From contig JAQFVV010000005.1 in NCBI GenBank assembly GCA_028023455.1, forward strand, positions 17,174,001 through 17,238,000: a stretch of DNA of 64,000 nt, read 5' to 3'. Below, one piece after another: positions 27,134 through 40,979 of this stretch. The position numbers and the translations under genes were made by a program. Positions within the stretch are counted from its first letter, which is position 1. Every line of letters begins with the position of its first letter. Under the pieces are notes generated by a model. It was given only the letters and a program-made list of their open reading frames with translations, searched no databases and was not told the DNA's origin. This DNA is from Epiperipatus broadwayi. Its lineage: Eukaryota > Animalia > Onychophora.

Positions 27134-28761
27134 AAACAATTATGTGCTAGTATAAGAGATGGTGATTATGTGATGACTTTAAGATGTGGGTGAATTTAAC
27201 ATTTCAATTAAACCACTCTTAAATTTATACTTTTATGAGATCAATTTGCTTGTGATCTATTTCAAGCATTACAACTGTTTTCCTTGCCATTTTCTGTAAA
27301 AAGAATAGAATTTCACATTGTTCAAACTTTTCAGTCATAAAGATTGCCAAAATATATGAAGTGCACTTTACAAAAAAAATGTGCTACATGGTACCACGAT
27401 TTCACATGGCGATGTCATTTGGTAGATTGATGCAGAAGGATTCCTGTAAGAAGTATATAATAGCAGAAGCATATACTATAACAGCCATGTAAACCCGAGA
27501 ATGATTCTGATTATTTTTGGATACCATCTCATATACTGTTACTATAGTTTATTTATAATTCCTAAATTTGTCATTCTAATGCAAATAGATTAGTTTAATT
27601 TTTTTTTTTGACATATAAAAAAACAACAACAAAAAACTAATCTTTACAAGTAGTTACTTATTTTTTTCATTTTCTAAACTCTAAATAATGCTGATCATGA
27701 TGGGACTTCTAAATCAGAATAAAAGTTATTTCATATTAGTTATATTCTTTTTTCTTTATCCAATGCATTTCAGATTTATTCCTCTCTTTATGAGTAAAGC
27801 AAATCCTAAATGAATAAATATGCATATTTAAAAAAGTGAAAGTTTATCTAGAAGAAAAAAAAAAAAAAAGCCTTCAGCTCCAGCTTTGATTTGAAACTGC
27901 TCTTTGTGTAATATTGTTTTTTATTTTCTATCTATGTATATTTTTAATTAAAGCAATGTTAAAATATGATTTAATTTTTATTTTCTCTTATTCTTTTTTG
28001 ATGAATTAGTTACTAATTTATCATAAAACTCATGATGAGATCACTTTTTTATTATCTGCTTTTCTTATGGAACAAAGAATTTTAAAAATACGTCATACAG
28101 TCAATTTAATGATGTTTTTTTTTTAAAATTAGTGCTGTTCTATGGATTGTTCTTCATCCAATATTTTAAGTGTGTTTCAGTCATACGGACAATTAATATA
28201 CTGAAAGTATAAAAGGATAGCTTTAATCAAAAAAAGTGTTACATTGGTTTAACAGTCATAATATAAAATGTAATGCTAAATAAGAAAATACATTTATAAA
28301 ACATTTGCAATAATATGTTTCCCATTGCTTTGCTGTCTACAGTATTTTTTTTCCTCTCCATTTTTTATTTCATCATTCCCAGTTTTTACCAAACATCTAA
28401 TATAATCATATAAAACAGCAACAACAAAAAATACCCTCCTGACCTCAACTTTATAATGCTTTTTAAGAGTTAACTATTTATTCCACTGTAGTCATCCAAC
28501 TATTGAAGCTTGAGTAATGGATAGATGCTGGATATAGTGCTTATTAAATTCTTGTCAAGTGCTTTCTATACATACTTCTAATTAGTTAGTGTCTTGCTTA
28601 AGATACTAACCTGGGTTTAGATCTGTATGACTATACAAGCAAGTGAACTTGAAAACATTAATGTATTTTTATTTTGATCTCATAGCTTTATAGTTAACTA
28701 AAAAGGCAAAAGATGGCTGCTGGAGGGTTGTGTTAGATCCCAAAAATCTAGGTGCAGTGCT

Positions 28762-28828
28762 CTCAGATCCCAGGCTCCTCACTGATGAAGGCCACAAGCT
28801 AGAAACTAATCTTGGGATGATGGATGAG
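28762..28828 (+). ncRNA. Degenerate hammerhead ribozyme motif, probably inactive
   Basis: CTGATGA-aggccacaagcta-GAAA-ctaatc. Stems I, II and III are each partly mismatched. Confidence 0.35.
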
Positions 28829-29159
28829 TAGTCACTAAATAAGAATTTTGATGAACAATTGATTACTATAACATTTTCTCTTTATTTCTTTTCTACATTT
28901 ATTTTTTTTAACTTTCTAAAATATTTTTTATTGGTTCTTTTACTCGGTTCTTTTTTAGATTTTGTTGATTTCCAAATTAAATTTTTGCTAACATTTTCTT
29001 GTTTATGATTATATTTTATATATTGTTTCATCAAATGATAGATCTTTGGATTTATTGTATGTATGAGTTATAATATAATTGGAGTATTATTTTTGGAAAA
29101 TTGATAGGATAGGAATATTTTAAGATTTAAATATTTTCCAACTGTATGTGTCTTTGCAG

Positions 29160-29416
29160 CTCTTACCTGTGCTCAGTTTCATCCAGATGGCCTTATTTTC
29201 GGTACTGGTACTTCTAATTCTCTTATTAAAATTTGGGATTTGAAAGAAAGAATCAATGTGGCAAACTTTCCTGGTCATTCAGGCCCTATTGTAGCAATTT
29301 CTTTTTCTGAAAATGGATATTATTTAGCAACAGCCGCTGATGATTCAGTTATTAAATTATGGGATTTACGTAAACTGAAGAATTTTAAAACTATTACCTT
29401 AGATGAACGTTATGAG
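29160..29416 (+). CDS. PRPF19: PRP19 exon 8 in window ([18 protein letters not shown]...[10 protein letters not shown])
   Basis: ttgcag acceptor and gtaaat donor; 257 nt; near-identical to PRP19 ([15 protein letters not shown]...[12 protein letters not shown]). Confidence 0.98.
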
Positions 29417-30269
29417 GTAAATGATTTTTTTTCTATTTGTATTATTATTTTTTTTTAACATCGTTATTTCTATTTTCTAAAAAATACACACACACACATC
29501 TGTAAGTGTAATGATTAGAAAATCATTGTGTTTAAAGTAATGTACTTGCGAGTATATATTCATGATATACCGCTAATGAAAAGCGCTACATGTTTCGTAA
29601 TTTTTTAAGAAAAATTATGGCTAGTTTAAGATTCTAAAACAAAAATTTTTAAAAATAAAAATACTACAGAATCATTTATTAGTAAATGATCGGATTAAAT
29701 TTTACAAAAGAAATAAGTAAAGTTTTAATAAATAAGAAATATTAGTACTAAAATGTTTAAAGAGTTTTTTTTTACACAAATTGGCAAAAGATAAAGCGTT
29801 GCATCATCTTGTTATTTAGAAAAAAATAATAATAAAAGTTTAGTATTTAAAGAGCGATTAGGAAAGGGGGAAAAAATAATTAATTCTAAGTGAGAAATGA
29901 AAATAGCTCTCTCTTTTTATAAATTAAAATAAATAAATGTAAAAATGAAAATTGAATTAAAATGTGAACTTAAATTCACTTAAAGATTGTTTGGCTGATA
30001 AATAGAAGAAAGGGAATAATAACTAATTACATTAAGTGAAAAAACAAAGGAAAAGGATTCAAGACTGTATCTTATCAGAATGCTAGATTAATCTAAGCAA
30101 AAATGCAGATTAAAGCTCAATGGAAAATTGATTAATAAAATTGTAAATTAATTAAATCAGATCAGAGTGATAACTAGGAAAACAATAAGGAGGAAATGTA
30201 TAAAAGGGCAGACAAATTCATTAATAATTATTAAGATTAACATTATAGTTCTGTCATATTTGTTATTGC

Positions 30270-30770
30270 TACCGTGTAAGAGTTTCCAGAGAAGAGACGA
30301 TGATGAAGGCCATTGACATCTTCAGCATGCGAGCGTGTGTATTCACATTTACCAAAGAACCATCTAGCATCTCGCAGTGCTAGACAATCATCGAAGTATG
30401 CAGCCAGTCTTCAGTTCTGGTCCTCTAGAATAGCAGAAGTTCTCCATCTAGAAATCATACCCAACTTATGATATGAACATTCAAAGAATATCTCTTATTG
30501 AACGTGGAAAGTCAGCAAGGAGCAAAACTATTAATGGAGTCCAAAACCCAAACGGTTGGTGACCAATATGGCAAGAGAAAGTGAGGAGTCGTCTCTTTCG
30601 AAGTGTAAAATGCAATCCGCCAAAAATCCTAGGTAACTATGAACTTTATTATTCCCATTTATAAAACCTAATCGTGTTCGAAGAAAAGACTTTGTTGAAC
30701 TCTTATAGCTACAGCAATCTTTAAGAAACTCCCATAAGTTATTACATAGAGTTAAATCTTAAAATGTGTG
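30270..30770 (-). mobile_element. Possible decayed BEL/Pao LTR-retrotransposon pol fragment
   Basis: ERRLLTF...PFGFWTPLIVL (compare TKR.LS..FDPLG.L.P) and a downstream ARWFF...GLHH (compare IPRW...LH.F.DAS); many stops and frameshifts. Confidence 0.35.
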
Positions 30771-31194
30771 TGCATATTTAAATTTTCTCATAATGCATTT
30801 TTTAATATGTGCAAAGCTTTACATTGATTAGTGAATTCTTATTATAATACATTTTAATGTGTGAGTGCGTGTTTAAATTTATAATGTTCTTTAATTATAA
30901 TATTATTTATTATCAAATATTAAAGTGTGTTTAAATAAATTTATGATGATGTTGTATTACAATATTAATACCTTTTAATTAGAAGTATGTTTAAATAAAT
31001 TGTTTGTTTGCTAATTATTGTTTGGTCAGTTCTCTTTTATAATTGCACCACTAATAGATAATTTATAGTGAAGTATAAGCATTAAGCAGAGTGTCAAAGT
31101 TTGTTTTCCTACAATTAAATAAAAGAGTTAGTTTGGAATACATCAAGTGCTAAATTGTATATCTGTCATCTAGGCATGCTGATTATAACTTATG

Positions 31195-31375
31195 ATTAGC
31201 TGGCACCTGAGGTTTTACCTCGAAACAAATAAAAATGCTTTGGATGGCAGGGGTGGCCCCAGATTATACTTTATATAGCCTCCATCTGGTCGTAGGTTCC
31301 ATTGGTCTTATCCACCTTCTGTATAAGACTTCTCTGCTTGAAGGGCCGGTTTGCTACAATAGTGAAAGTGCAGCC
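31195..31375 (-). repeat. Dispersed repeat, homologous to 34325-34540 in the opposite orientation
   Basis: Shared collinear blocks ccttcaagcagag, cccctg.ca.ccaaagcatttt and tcagg..ccagc.aa.cat. Confidence 0.55.
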
Positions 31376-31748
31376 GGAGGAGATTGAGATTTTTTAAAAT
31401 TTATATAATCAGAGTGATCATCTCCTACCTAGTTCAATATGTATTTATATATGAATACAGTTCTTAATTTTTTTTATATATGTGGTTGCTTGTAATTACT
31501 ATTGTAATATTGACATTTTGGACAGATCTCATTTTTTCTCATGGGTAGTTTATGAATACCAATGTCAGATGAAATTTGATGGAAATGTCAATTCTATAAT
31601 GGTAATATAAAGAGACCACACACTTGGAAAAGCCTGAAAACAATATTCATATTATTCACCTGTGAAAATCATTTTAATATATGTATTATATGTATAAATA
31701 AATAAATAATCAAAATAAGATTGAAATAAACAACTATTAATAACTATA

Positions 31749-31820
31749 TTATAATATTTATCGAATCAGCTTTCATTTCCATTGAGATCTCAAGATAAGC
31801 TGATTTGATAAATATTATAA
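31749..31820. repeat. Small hairpin or mini-MITE with 24-bp arms
   Basis: ttataatatttatcgaatcagctt ... aagctgatttgataaatattataa, with one mismatch. Confidence 0.7.
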
Positions 31821-32336
31821 TTATGGACAAATAAATTGTATTGGATATTTGTCCATTATAGTAATTTATTAAATTATATGTATTTATCTTACATACACAT
31901 GCATACATCTTTTACTGTTAGATTTTTTTTTATATGAATAAGTTGTAATTCTAATATTTGTGTATTAATATGATTTGTATTTTTAGCTATCCCACACATT
32001 CTGTGCATAGTTTAAGGAAAGATAGTTTTGCTTATGTTTGTATACAAATATAAAATAATGTTATGAAATTCAATGAAGCTGCAAACTATGTTGTATCAAT
32101 ATACATGACTTCAATTATATACCCCCCCCCCCCCAATGTAAACAAACAAATAAAAATGTAGTTAAATTAAAATTCATAAATTTAATACATTTTATGATAT
32201 TTAAGCAACCATTTTTCTGTCTTAGTGGTACATGATCACATTAAAAAAAAATAATTAAAATTTGTAAATAAATTTTACAATATACCAGCAGCTACTTTAC
32301 CATTTCAAAGTGCTGTACACAATAATGGGTACTTAT

Positions 32337-32532
32337 GTATTAGACCTGCAACATGTATTAGTCCTGCAGTACCATTTCACATTTATATCAATCCGCTGAC
32401 AACTTTGTAATCTTTTGATATGACCAAAATAACATGTACATGATATTTTCTCAAGATTTACAAAGTTATTGGCAGCCTGAATACGTATGTGAAAAAGCGC
32501 TGCAGAGCTAATATGTGTTGCAGGTCTAATAC
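32337..32532. mobile_element. Tc1/mariner (pogo-like) MITE, 196 bp
   Basis: TIRs GTATTAGACCTGCAACATGTATTAG and CTAATATGTGTTGCAGGTCTAATAC. TA lies directly at the right end and one base from the left end. Confidence 0.65.
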
Positions 32533-32545
32533 TAAAAAAAGTATT

Positions 32546-33030
32546 AAATTACAAAAATACTCTTAAAATATCACCAAAAAAACTCTAAAATCTACACACA
32601 CAGTACTTACCACGTAATATATAAAAATATGATGGGGATATCCATATATGGTACTTATCGTGTAGTATATAACAGGGATTGTCGCGATGAAACAATCAAT
32701 TTGTCTGTTAATACTAAAATACAAAAATACTCTGAAATATAACCAAAAAAACCCTAAAACATGGTACTTATCGTGTAATATAAAACAGATTGACACGATG
32801 AAACAATTTGTCTGTTGTACTGTATTTTAAGTGGGATTAAAATATTCAGTTTTAGAAAGTACATTTTTAACAACAGTAAAAAAATATTGATTTGACAAAA
32901 CAATTACTAAATTACAAAAATAGTCTGAAATATTATCAAAAAATCTTAAAATATACACATATGGTATTTACCATGTAATAGATAACAGGAATTGTTGTGT
33001 TGAAACAAGAAATTTGTCATTTCTACTTTA
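32546..33030 (+). repeat. Three diverged tandem units of about 120-190 bp
   Basis: Repeating order aaatacaaaaatactctgaaatat...catatggtacttatcgtgtaatat..aacag..ttg..gcgatgaaacaa..tttgtc at about 32546, 32713 and 32908. Confidence 0.7.
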
Positions 33031-36000
33031 TTTTAAATAGATCAACTTTTTTGACACAAAATGGAGACTTCAACTGAAAATTTTTCCCACCAAAATGATG
33101 TTTTACTGAACATATAATTGTCTAGTATATTGCCTGAATGGGATTTTCCACAAAAATGGTAATAAACGAAAATGATCATAACAAGTTAATTAGGAAATTA
33201 TGAAAAGAAAATCAAAAGGAAAAATGAAAACTACATATACTTACTCACTTAAAATCAAAAGAACTGGAGTAACTCAGAAGTAGAAATAAAGTACAAATAC
33301 TTGAATGAAGCAAAAACTCAATTGAAATTAAATTGTTGTCAGAATGCAATTGAACAACATTTCGATAAAAAGAAACGTTTTCATACAAGATCGGATAACA
33401 TCACAGGGTTTACTTCGCTTAAATTTGATGTGTTTGCAAGATTATGCATTTATCGTGAATGTGAAAAGGTGTACCATTTCCTTTCATTGCATGTAAGTAC
33501 TCAATAATGTTTATTAATAAAAAAATTTTGGTTTATATTGAAAGCATATACATTTTATTTTTTCTTGATTATCTTTTTTGAATTTGCAGTATTTTACATA
33601 ATAAAATATTTTCTAAATGCAATACTAAAAGTTTTATAAAATTTTAGAACATACTTAAAGTTGATGCTGACTTAAAAACATGAAAACAGAGAGATTGTAT
33701 TTTTTTATTATAATGAGATTACTATTGCTTTTTCTATAAGAGAAAAAAAGTTGTTTAAAAAAAAAAAAGAAGAATATTGTCCAGAGCATATTTAATTGCC
33801 ATGAAAATCAGACATTTTGCTAATTGCTTTATTTAAAAAATAAAAACATCGTATAAGTTTTTTTTCTTGTTCATATTTTTTCATTAAAATATATGTAAAA
33901 TATATGTAAATGTGTCCACTCAATTTAATATTAATAACTATATTATTATTATTTCTTTACAATTTTATTTATAGTTTTAATTCATATGTGCTGTGTTATA
34001 ATAATTGCGTATTGTACTGTATACTTGCACTTTAATAAATATGTTTTCTATTCTAATCAAAGTTTATCACCAAAATGTGAGTTATTATATATGACATACA
34101 ATGTGTATGAAGGGACTTTTGAATAAAATATAACAGATATCATGGCTTCACTACAAGTAAATGCCTTTTATTCATAATACTAACAAATGGTATTCACCAT
34201 AATTTAAAAAAAAATCCTAATATATTGAATCGGATCCTTCAGAATAAGGCTATTAACCACATTTGAAATCTAAATGTTAGTACATAACTTCTCAGTAATT
34301 TTTATTTCTTTAATATTACTGGAATGGACCAGTCCTTCAAGCAGAGGGGAGAATACTATTGATAGCATAGCCCTCAACGATACCCATGGTCAGATTGGGC
34401 TATACAGAGCATAATAAGACCATATTTCCTGACTGTGGCCCACCTCGACTGCTGGAATCAAACCCCTGTCAACCAAAGCATTTTATGTGTTTTGAGGATC
34501 AAATTCAGGCACCAGCCAACCATATGTTATATAATTTGGTATGCTTCAGACGACAGGCATACAATCCAGCGCTTGACATATCCCAGGCTAACTCATACTC
34601 TGTCTCAGGGGTCCAGCACATTTTCATAATATACATAGATATTTATACACTAATTTACTGGTGGTGCAGCGACAAGAGAGAGAGAAAATAGACCAAATAA
34701 CAATTAAGTAATATTATTATTTATTTACGTGCACACATATACTTAGCATAATATAACAAATTTTTATATAAGAAAATATAAATGACTAGGCTATAGTTAT
34801 AATAGTCCGTTAAAATTCATTTCATTTAAAATCAAGTGTCTATTTAGTTATTTAAAGTATGTTTAACTAGGTTTTCATTTGTGTGTATTTTCCAACCGGT
34901 TGGCCTTTTAGTTCCATCGAGGGTTCCAGGACTTGTCTTCATTTCTTTGGCTCAACAATGGGGGAGAGAAAGAGAATGTGGTAGCATCTCCTTTAGCGCT
35001 TAGGCATTTGTTCTGGGCATTGGTTTCAGCCCAGAACAGTTGATTTTAGCAGAGGACATTGGAGTCTGAAGTTGTCGAATACTCCTATGACTGTTCTGTG
35101 GCTTCTGCATTGATATTGACAGCAGCAGTAATTGACTGTCTTACTACTGCGTTTACAGTTTCCAAATATCTGGATGTTTGGATTCTCAATGAAAAATTGT
35201 GAATCTGCATTCTGTCCAAACTGAATAACAATAATCCGAACTGAATCAATAATGGAATGAAGACCAGACTAATTCAATTATAAAATGAAGGCTGGAACCG
35301 AATAACAATACCAGCTGCAACTTTTTATACTCTTCCTCTCATTGTTATAATTCCTTGTCATTATTTTTAATTTTGATTGTAACTTGAATCTGTTTTTTTT
35401 TTAATTATTTTTACATTTCGTTTTATCTAATTGATTTTACATTGCACATTATCTAATCTTTTTCTTAGATTAATCTGCTATCACTTTTATGAGACAGTTT
35501 ACATGATTTTTAATTAATTCAATCAGTAATCTTTTAAACTGATTACATTTTCAAAAGTTTTTCTTTTACAAACTAAATTTTATTCTGACTTTTTTTATTT
35601 ATTTATTTTTATACGTTTTATTCTTTTAATTTATAAAAAGGAGAGGCTGAGTTTTAAATCTTTTTATTTTAAATTTCCCCCCCTACCTGTTTCTCTATAT
35701 TAAAACTTTATTCTATTTTTAAAAGAACAAACAATATAACGCAATCTTTTTATTTTACAAAATTGCGTTTTGAAAATCTACTTCTGAAATAATTATTTCT
35801 TTCAAATAAATTTAATCATATATTTTTTTAAAAATTATGAAACATGTAACACAGATATATGTAGTTTTATACATATATCTCTTGCTATCATTACAATATT
35901 AATGTTAAAAAACAAAGCAAATGTATTTGATAAAAATTACCCAGCTTTATAATAATTAAGTGATTAATTGATCCATAAGTCAAACTCCAGAAATGACAGA

Positions 36001-36813
36001 CGAGCTTAAATCTAGGAATTTATTTAGCTCCGAGTCCAGTAAATTGCAACAAACATTAGTGATTTATTGATATTTAGAATTGCTTATATACTTCAGTTTA
36101 TATTGATACTGATTTTTCTTTTTGTACTTTTAAGGAAATGGAAGAAATCATATTAATGAGGACTCCTTCCCTGCCCCAATTAATGTTACATTCATCATGG
36201 AGATGGGGGAAGGATGAGAATGATTTTTTCCTTTTTGAATGAATCTGATCTAGATTGAGTCTATTTCTCTTGTCTAAACAGAGCAATTCTTATTGCCTTT
36301 GCTGAAAGGCATTCAAGAAATGAGTTTAAGATATAATTTTAATATATACCTAACAGTTGAACTGATAAATTTCTGGAGCATTAAGTATATTAATATAACA
36401 CTCTCTAGTATCAATATAATATATGTTGCAAACAAAAAATGAATTCATTTTTTATCTGCCTGTCCAGATTTTATATGGATGTATATTAAATAATGATATT
36501 TTTTTTAGAGCAAATATTAAATGAAATAGAAATATTATCATATAAATCAGCTTATAATTTAAATTCACAGGATAGAATTAATTTTTATTATTTTGATAAT
36601 CTTGTAAAGATACAAGAAATTATTAAAAGATACAAGAAATTAAGTGGATCAATAAACTTCCAGAATTCTAGCTATAATAATATAACGTTCTTGTCTCAAA
36701 ATATAAGAATTAGCATTGTGTAATTCAATATTTACAAATTTGTTCTTGAATATGCTGTGAGGATATCTTTCGCTGATTTAATATTCACTCTACTAAATTA
36801 TTATTCTCTAAAC

Positions 36814-37280
36814 CAGGGGTGGCCAACTTTTGGGTTCATAAGATCTACTTTTTATTTTAAAAATGTGTTGCGATCGACTTGTTGTCATAGGCGATCGACT
36901 TGTTGTCATAAGTGTAGTCTAAGTGAGGGAGGTGTGAAATACATACTATTTTTATATATCTACCTAGTAAAAAATAACAATTATTTAACGGGCCAAAAAA
37001 CTTATGTCTAGGGGAATTAAAGCAACATGAGTAATTATTAACAATATTTATTAATTCAAATTAGCTACATTAAGTCAAGATTAAAAATATTATTTTCAGT
37101 AATGATACGACTTAGTGGACTTCACCTATCTAGAATTGAAAAAAATTTAGAACAAAAATTAAAATAACAAAAAATCTTAAAAATTTTGACATTGTTTCAC
37201 TCGTTACCCGACAGCTCTTGCCAGATTGGCCTCGCAATTGACCAAAATTGGCTTTGCGATCGACTTGTTGGACACCCCTG
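36814..37280. mobile_element. hAT (Buster/Charlie-type) MITE, 467 bp
   Basis: TIRs CAGGGGTGGCCAAC and GTTGGACACCCCTG. Perfect 8-bp TSD CTCTAAAC at 36806-36813 and 37281-37288 with central TA. Subterminal repeats gcgatcgacttgttg occur three times. Confidence 0.92.
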
Positions 37281-40029
37281 CTCTAAACTACACAAAGCAG
37301 CTGGATGTGGATTCATTTATATTATACATTCTGTAAATTGATTTATCTGTAATCATATGTAAAAGAGATTTATTCAGTTTATTTATTGAAGCAAGTTTTA
37401 TTTAAATCTAAAACTTTATGGTCGAATGATATTCTAAGGTTCACTGAATTGATACTTAGAACTACTTTTATGTCACATATTATTTTAATCAAACTATGTC
37501 ACTATCAGCATATAGAATACCACTGCAAAGAATATAGTAATTGTCTCTGGGAACTTGATATCATTTAAAATATTTTTTTTTTTATATAGCTGGTATTATG
37601 TATTTTAATGTGCATAATTATTGAGTTTCATCTATCCACTAGATAGCTATGTCATGCTTCTTGTTCTTTTATAAGAATATTTTTTTTTATAATTTTTTTT
37701 TGTTGTATATAGGCTTTATTTACAATTTTGATTTGATATTTGTTAAAATATACTATTTTTTCATATTTTGCTTATTAGAATCCTTGTGAATGTATTTTAT
37801 CATTAACACATTAGCCATATTATATATATCTTAATAATTAATTTTTCATTTGATTATTAATCTAAAGATCTCTTATGATTGAAAGTGAAAAATATAATTA
37901 AATTATTATTAGTACAATTTAATTAGTCTTAAGATTCATAGCATATATCTAATAATATATTCATTTTTAATTTTTATAAATCATATTGAACAAACTAACT
38001 TTTATAATTATATGAATATATATATAGTTATCTCTTGCTATCTTTGTTTTATGCATGCAGGTCCGCTCACATGAAATATTGTATAAATTATTATTTGCCA
38101 TTTACAAATATATTGCCTTAGTCAAAAACTTCACAATGTCTTGCATAAGGTCATAGATAGCCTTCAGCAAGGAAAGATTGTTTTTTTGGTCTCTTGGTTC
38201 TTTTTTATTAACATGCATGGTTGTCAATACACATTTTTGCAATGTCTTACTTTTATAATTAATAACCATATGAAATATAGTATATATGAAAGTGAATTGG
38301 CAAGTATGTCTATGAGAAAGAAGGCTGACTCTTTCATTAAGTAGATATTTGTTCAAATATGAATGATTGTAGTATTTATAAGTATGTGAATTTAGTATAA
38401 ATAATTATATAATTTAATTGATCCACCATAAGTAAAGAGGTATTTGCAGAGTTACTTTAAGAATCCTCACTAGAAAGTGTAAAAATTATGTTTGGAGTTA
38501 GTGTTTGAGCAATGAATAAAATGGAAAACATTTAAGTTTGTAGATTAAACAGATTGGTACTGATAGAGTTGGGTACCTACCTTGCATTTTACATTTAGTG
38601 ATTCTTTAAACCCTGCCTCAATGTTGTGAATCATTACTGGAATAACTAATTGATAAATTTAAGATTCTTTTTATTGGAAAAGTAAAACTATGTAATACTG
38701 GTTTACAAATTTATTATAAATTAAATGTGTAATTTAAAATCCATTACTTATAATAGGTAGGTTATTTCGAATTTTAAGTATTATTTGTCTTTTCAATTTT
38801 TTATTTGGGTTTGAATAATAAAATAATCAAAATGAAAATGAACTGGCTTTATAACAATAAATGAAAAGTAAAGTGAACATTATTTTCTTTGATTACTGAC
38901 TGTTGATAAACTGAGTGAATCTCCTGAAGAAAGGCTAGAAAGTAGTGTAGTGTGTTACTATTTTGCTGAGAGATTTACTAGCATATGTGAACTAGATATA
39001 AAATAGTTCAGGGGATGTGTCCCTCATCTTCTTGAGAATCACATTTGACACAAAGTGGTTTGCCTTCGACATCATCAGGAATATTGTTGTGGCTTAAAAT
39101 TTCAATGCACTTGCTTCACTGGCAATTACTTTTCCATAGAAATCTTTGAAAAACATATTTCTTTCAAACAATGATATACAAGTATGCAAGTTTACAATTT
39201 TTTAGCTTAATATATTCAAGTTTTGTCTTTTTTTTTTTTTTTTTACAAAGTATACAAATAATAATAAAACACTATTAAAGAATACCACAAGTTTTATTTG
39301 CACATTTCTTTATCACAAAACAAAACAAAAAACATTAATTATATAAATGAAGAAGGCAAAGTTTATTTTTATATTAACTTCTAAACTGTGCACATAAATG
39401 TTTTATTTTTATCTTAAATTTATCAATTAGTTATCCCAGTATTGTTTCATGGCATCTATGCAATGTTAAATGAATGTGGTAAAAGACTTAGACTGGCAAC
39501 ATGATTCCAACAAAACCATTGAAATGGACATGGAAGTCAAATATTAAAAAGACAAAGATCATGATAGATGCAATACTAATAAATAGAAGATGTGAACGTC
39601 ACTACAAGAAGTGCAGACACAAATTCATATTAAAGCTTATTAAATAAGTTGAAACATAAGAAATTGAATAAAATTCATTTTCATTAGCAAATTCTTGTTC
39701 TCTCCAGTTATGCAACTCATTGTAAGGAACTGATCACGATAGCAGAGATAGAAATGATGAAAACATATCACTCAGCGTTTGATATCTAGGGTCTGCCATT
39801 CTGTAACAGCATTAAATCACTGGGCAGCGTATTGAAGTAAAGAAGGTATTCAAAAAAGGTAGGTAAAAATAGTTGGAAGTTTAATGCAGAAATATAGAAC
39901 AATATTATGGGAATATAAATCCAGAAAAGTGCTCAAGAGAATAAGAAATCTTAACAGAAATAACAGCCCCCCCCCTCCCCCGAAAAAGAAAGATAAGCTT
40001 AAAAAATGCTCATTATCTAGAATAAAATT

Positions 40030-40800
40030 TTAAAGTGATGGAAAAATGAGCAAAATCATAGTGAAATTGCACACCGATCTCATAATATTGAAGAATATTT
40101 TATTGGCAGAAGTTAAAAGACCAGTGAATAGATTGAAGAATTGCTAGAGAAATGAATTAAAATATGATAAGAAATAGTTTACTTTAAAACATTTATGGAC
40201 TGTGTAAAATTGTATGTAAAGAAGATATAGTATTTACAACAGGGACAAAATTATCTTAGCATTTACGTATGGAAAGGGAAGCAAGAGCAACGAGTATCTT
40301 AAAGATTATAGATGTTTGGTAGATGAACAAGGTAATTATAGAAAAAAATAGAAGTACTAAGCAACAGATATTAATTGGCTTCTTTGCTGAGAAAGTCAGA
40401 AGAGAAGAAAATAACACATCTATGTTTTGCTGACTTTCATGAAGCTTTTGATAGCACTGATGCAAAAATAGTTCCAATAGCATTTGAATCACGTGGAATA
40501 GAAATAATTAATTAATCTTCACATGCAGCCATGAGAGTGTTGTGGATTTGGAAACTGCTAAACAACGGAGATTCAACAATGAGATCCAATATTCCCATGC
40601 ATATAACACATCTGGAGAGAATATTGAATAAAAGTGAAATATTATTGCATATATAATCAAGATAAATAATTTATAATGTGAAAATGATGTAATAATCATT
40701 GAAGAAGATAAAGAAACTCTAATATCAATAGTAAAAGAAACAGAAATATGAATTATACATAAACATGAACATTATCAAAACAATGCTTTGAGAAAGTGAA
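40030..40800 (+). mobile_element. Degenerate LINE RT fragment
   Basis: LVDEQGNYRKNRST..Q and LCFADFHEAFDS (compare EEQAGFR..RST and .FIDF.KAFDS). Confidence 0.65.
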
Positions 40801-40979
40801 AAGAAAAATTATAGCCAATAAGATTCAATTACATAGAAAATATTATATATTTTAGAATTAGCATTTATAATTTAGACTTTCAAAAGCAAATATAATTAAT
40901 AATAGATAAACAAAAGTGTAAGTATAAGCTGTGGACAAAAATTTGGAAAACAAGACACATCAGATTCCAAACTAAATTA

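Noticed and set aside
29240-29458. [13 protein letters not shown]... as an independent gene
   Set aside because: It is the internal part of PRP19 exon 8 plus intron read-through.
33180-33507. ORF with a faint piggyBac-like cysteine tail (RSDNI...ECEK)
   Set aside because: The cysteine pattern is incomplete, with no TIR or TTAA support.
38924-38950. CTGAAGA-AAGGCTA-GAAA-GTAGT
   Set aside because: No stem II can form and there is no UH triplet with a stem I; at most an unrecognisable relic.
39050-39090. Minus-strand CTGATGA-TGTCGAAGGC-AAAC, hammerhead-like
   Set aside because: It lacks the G of GAAA and has no stem I or III partners.
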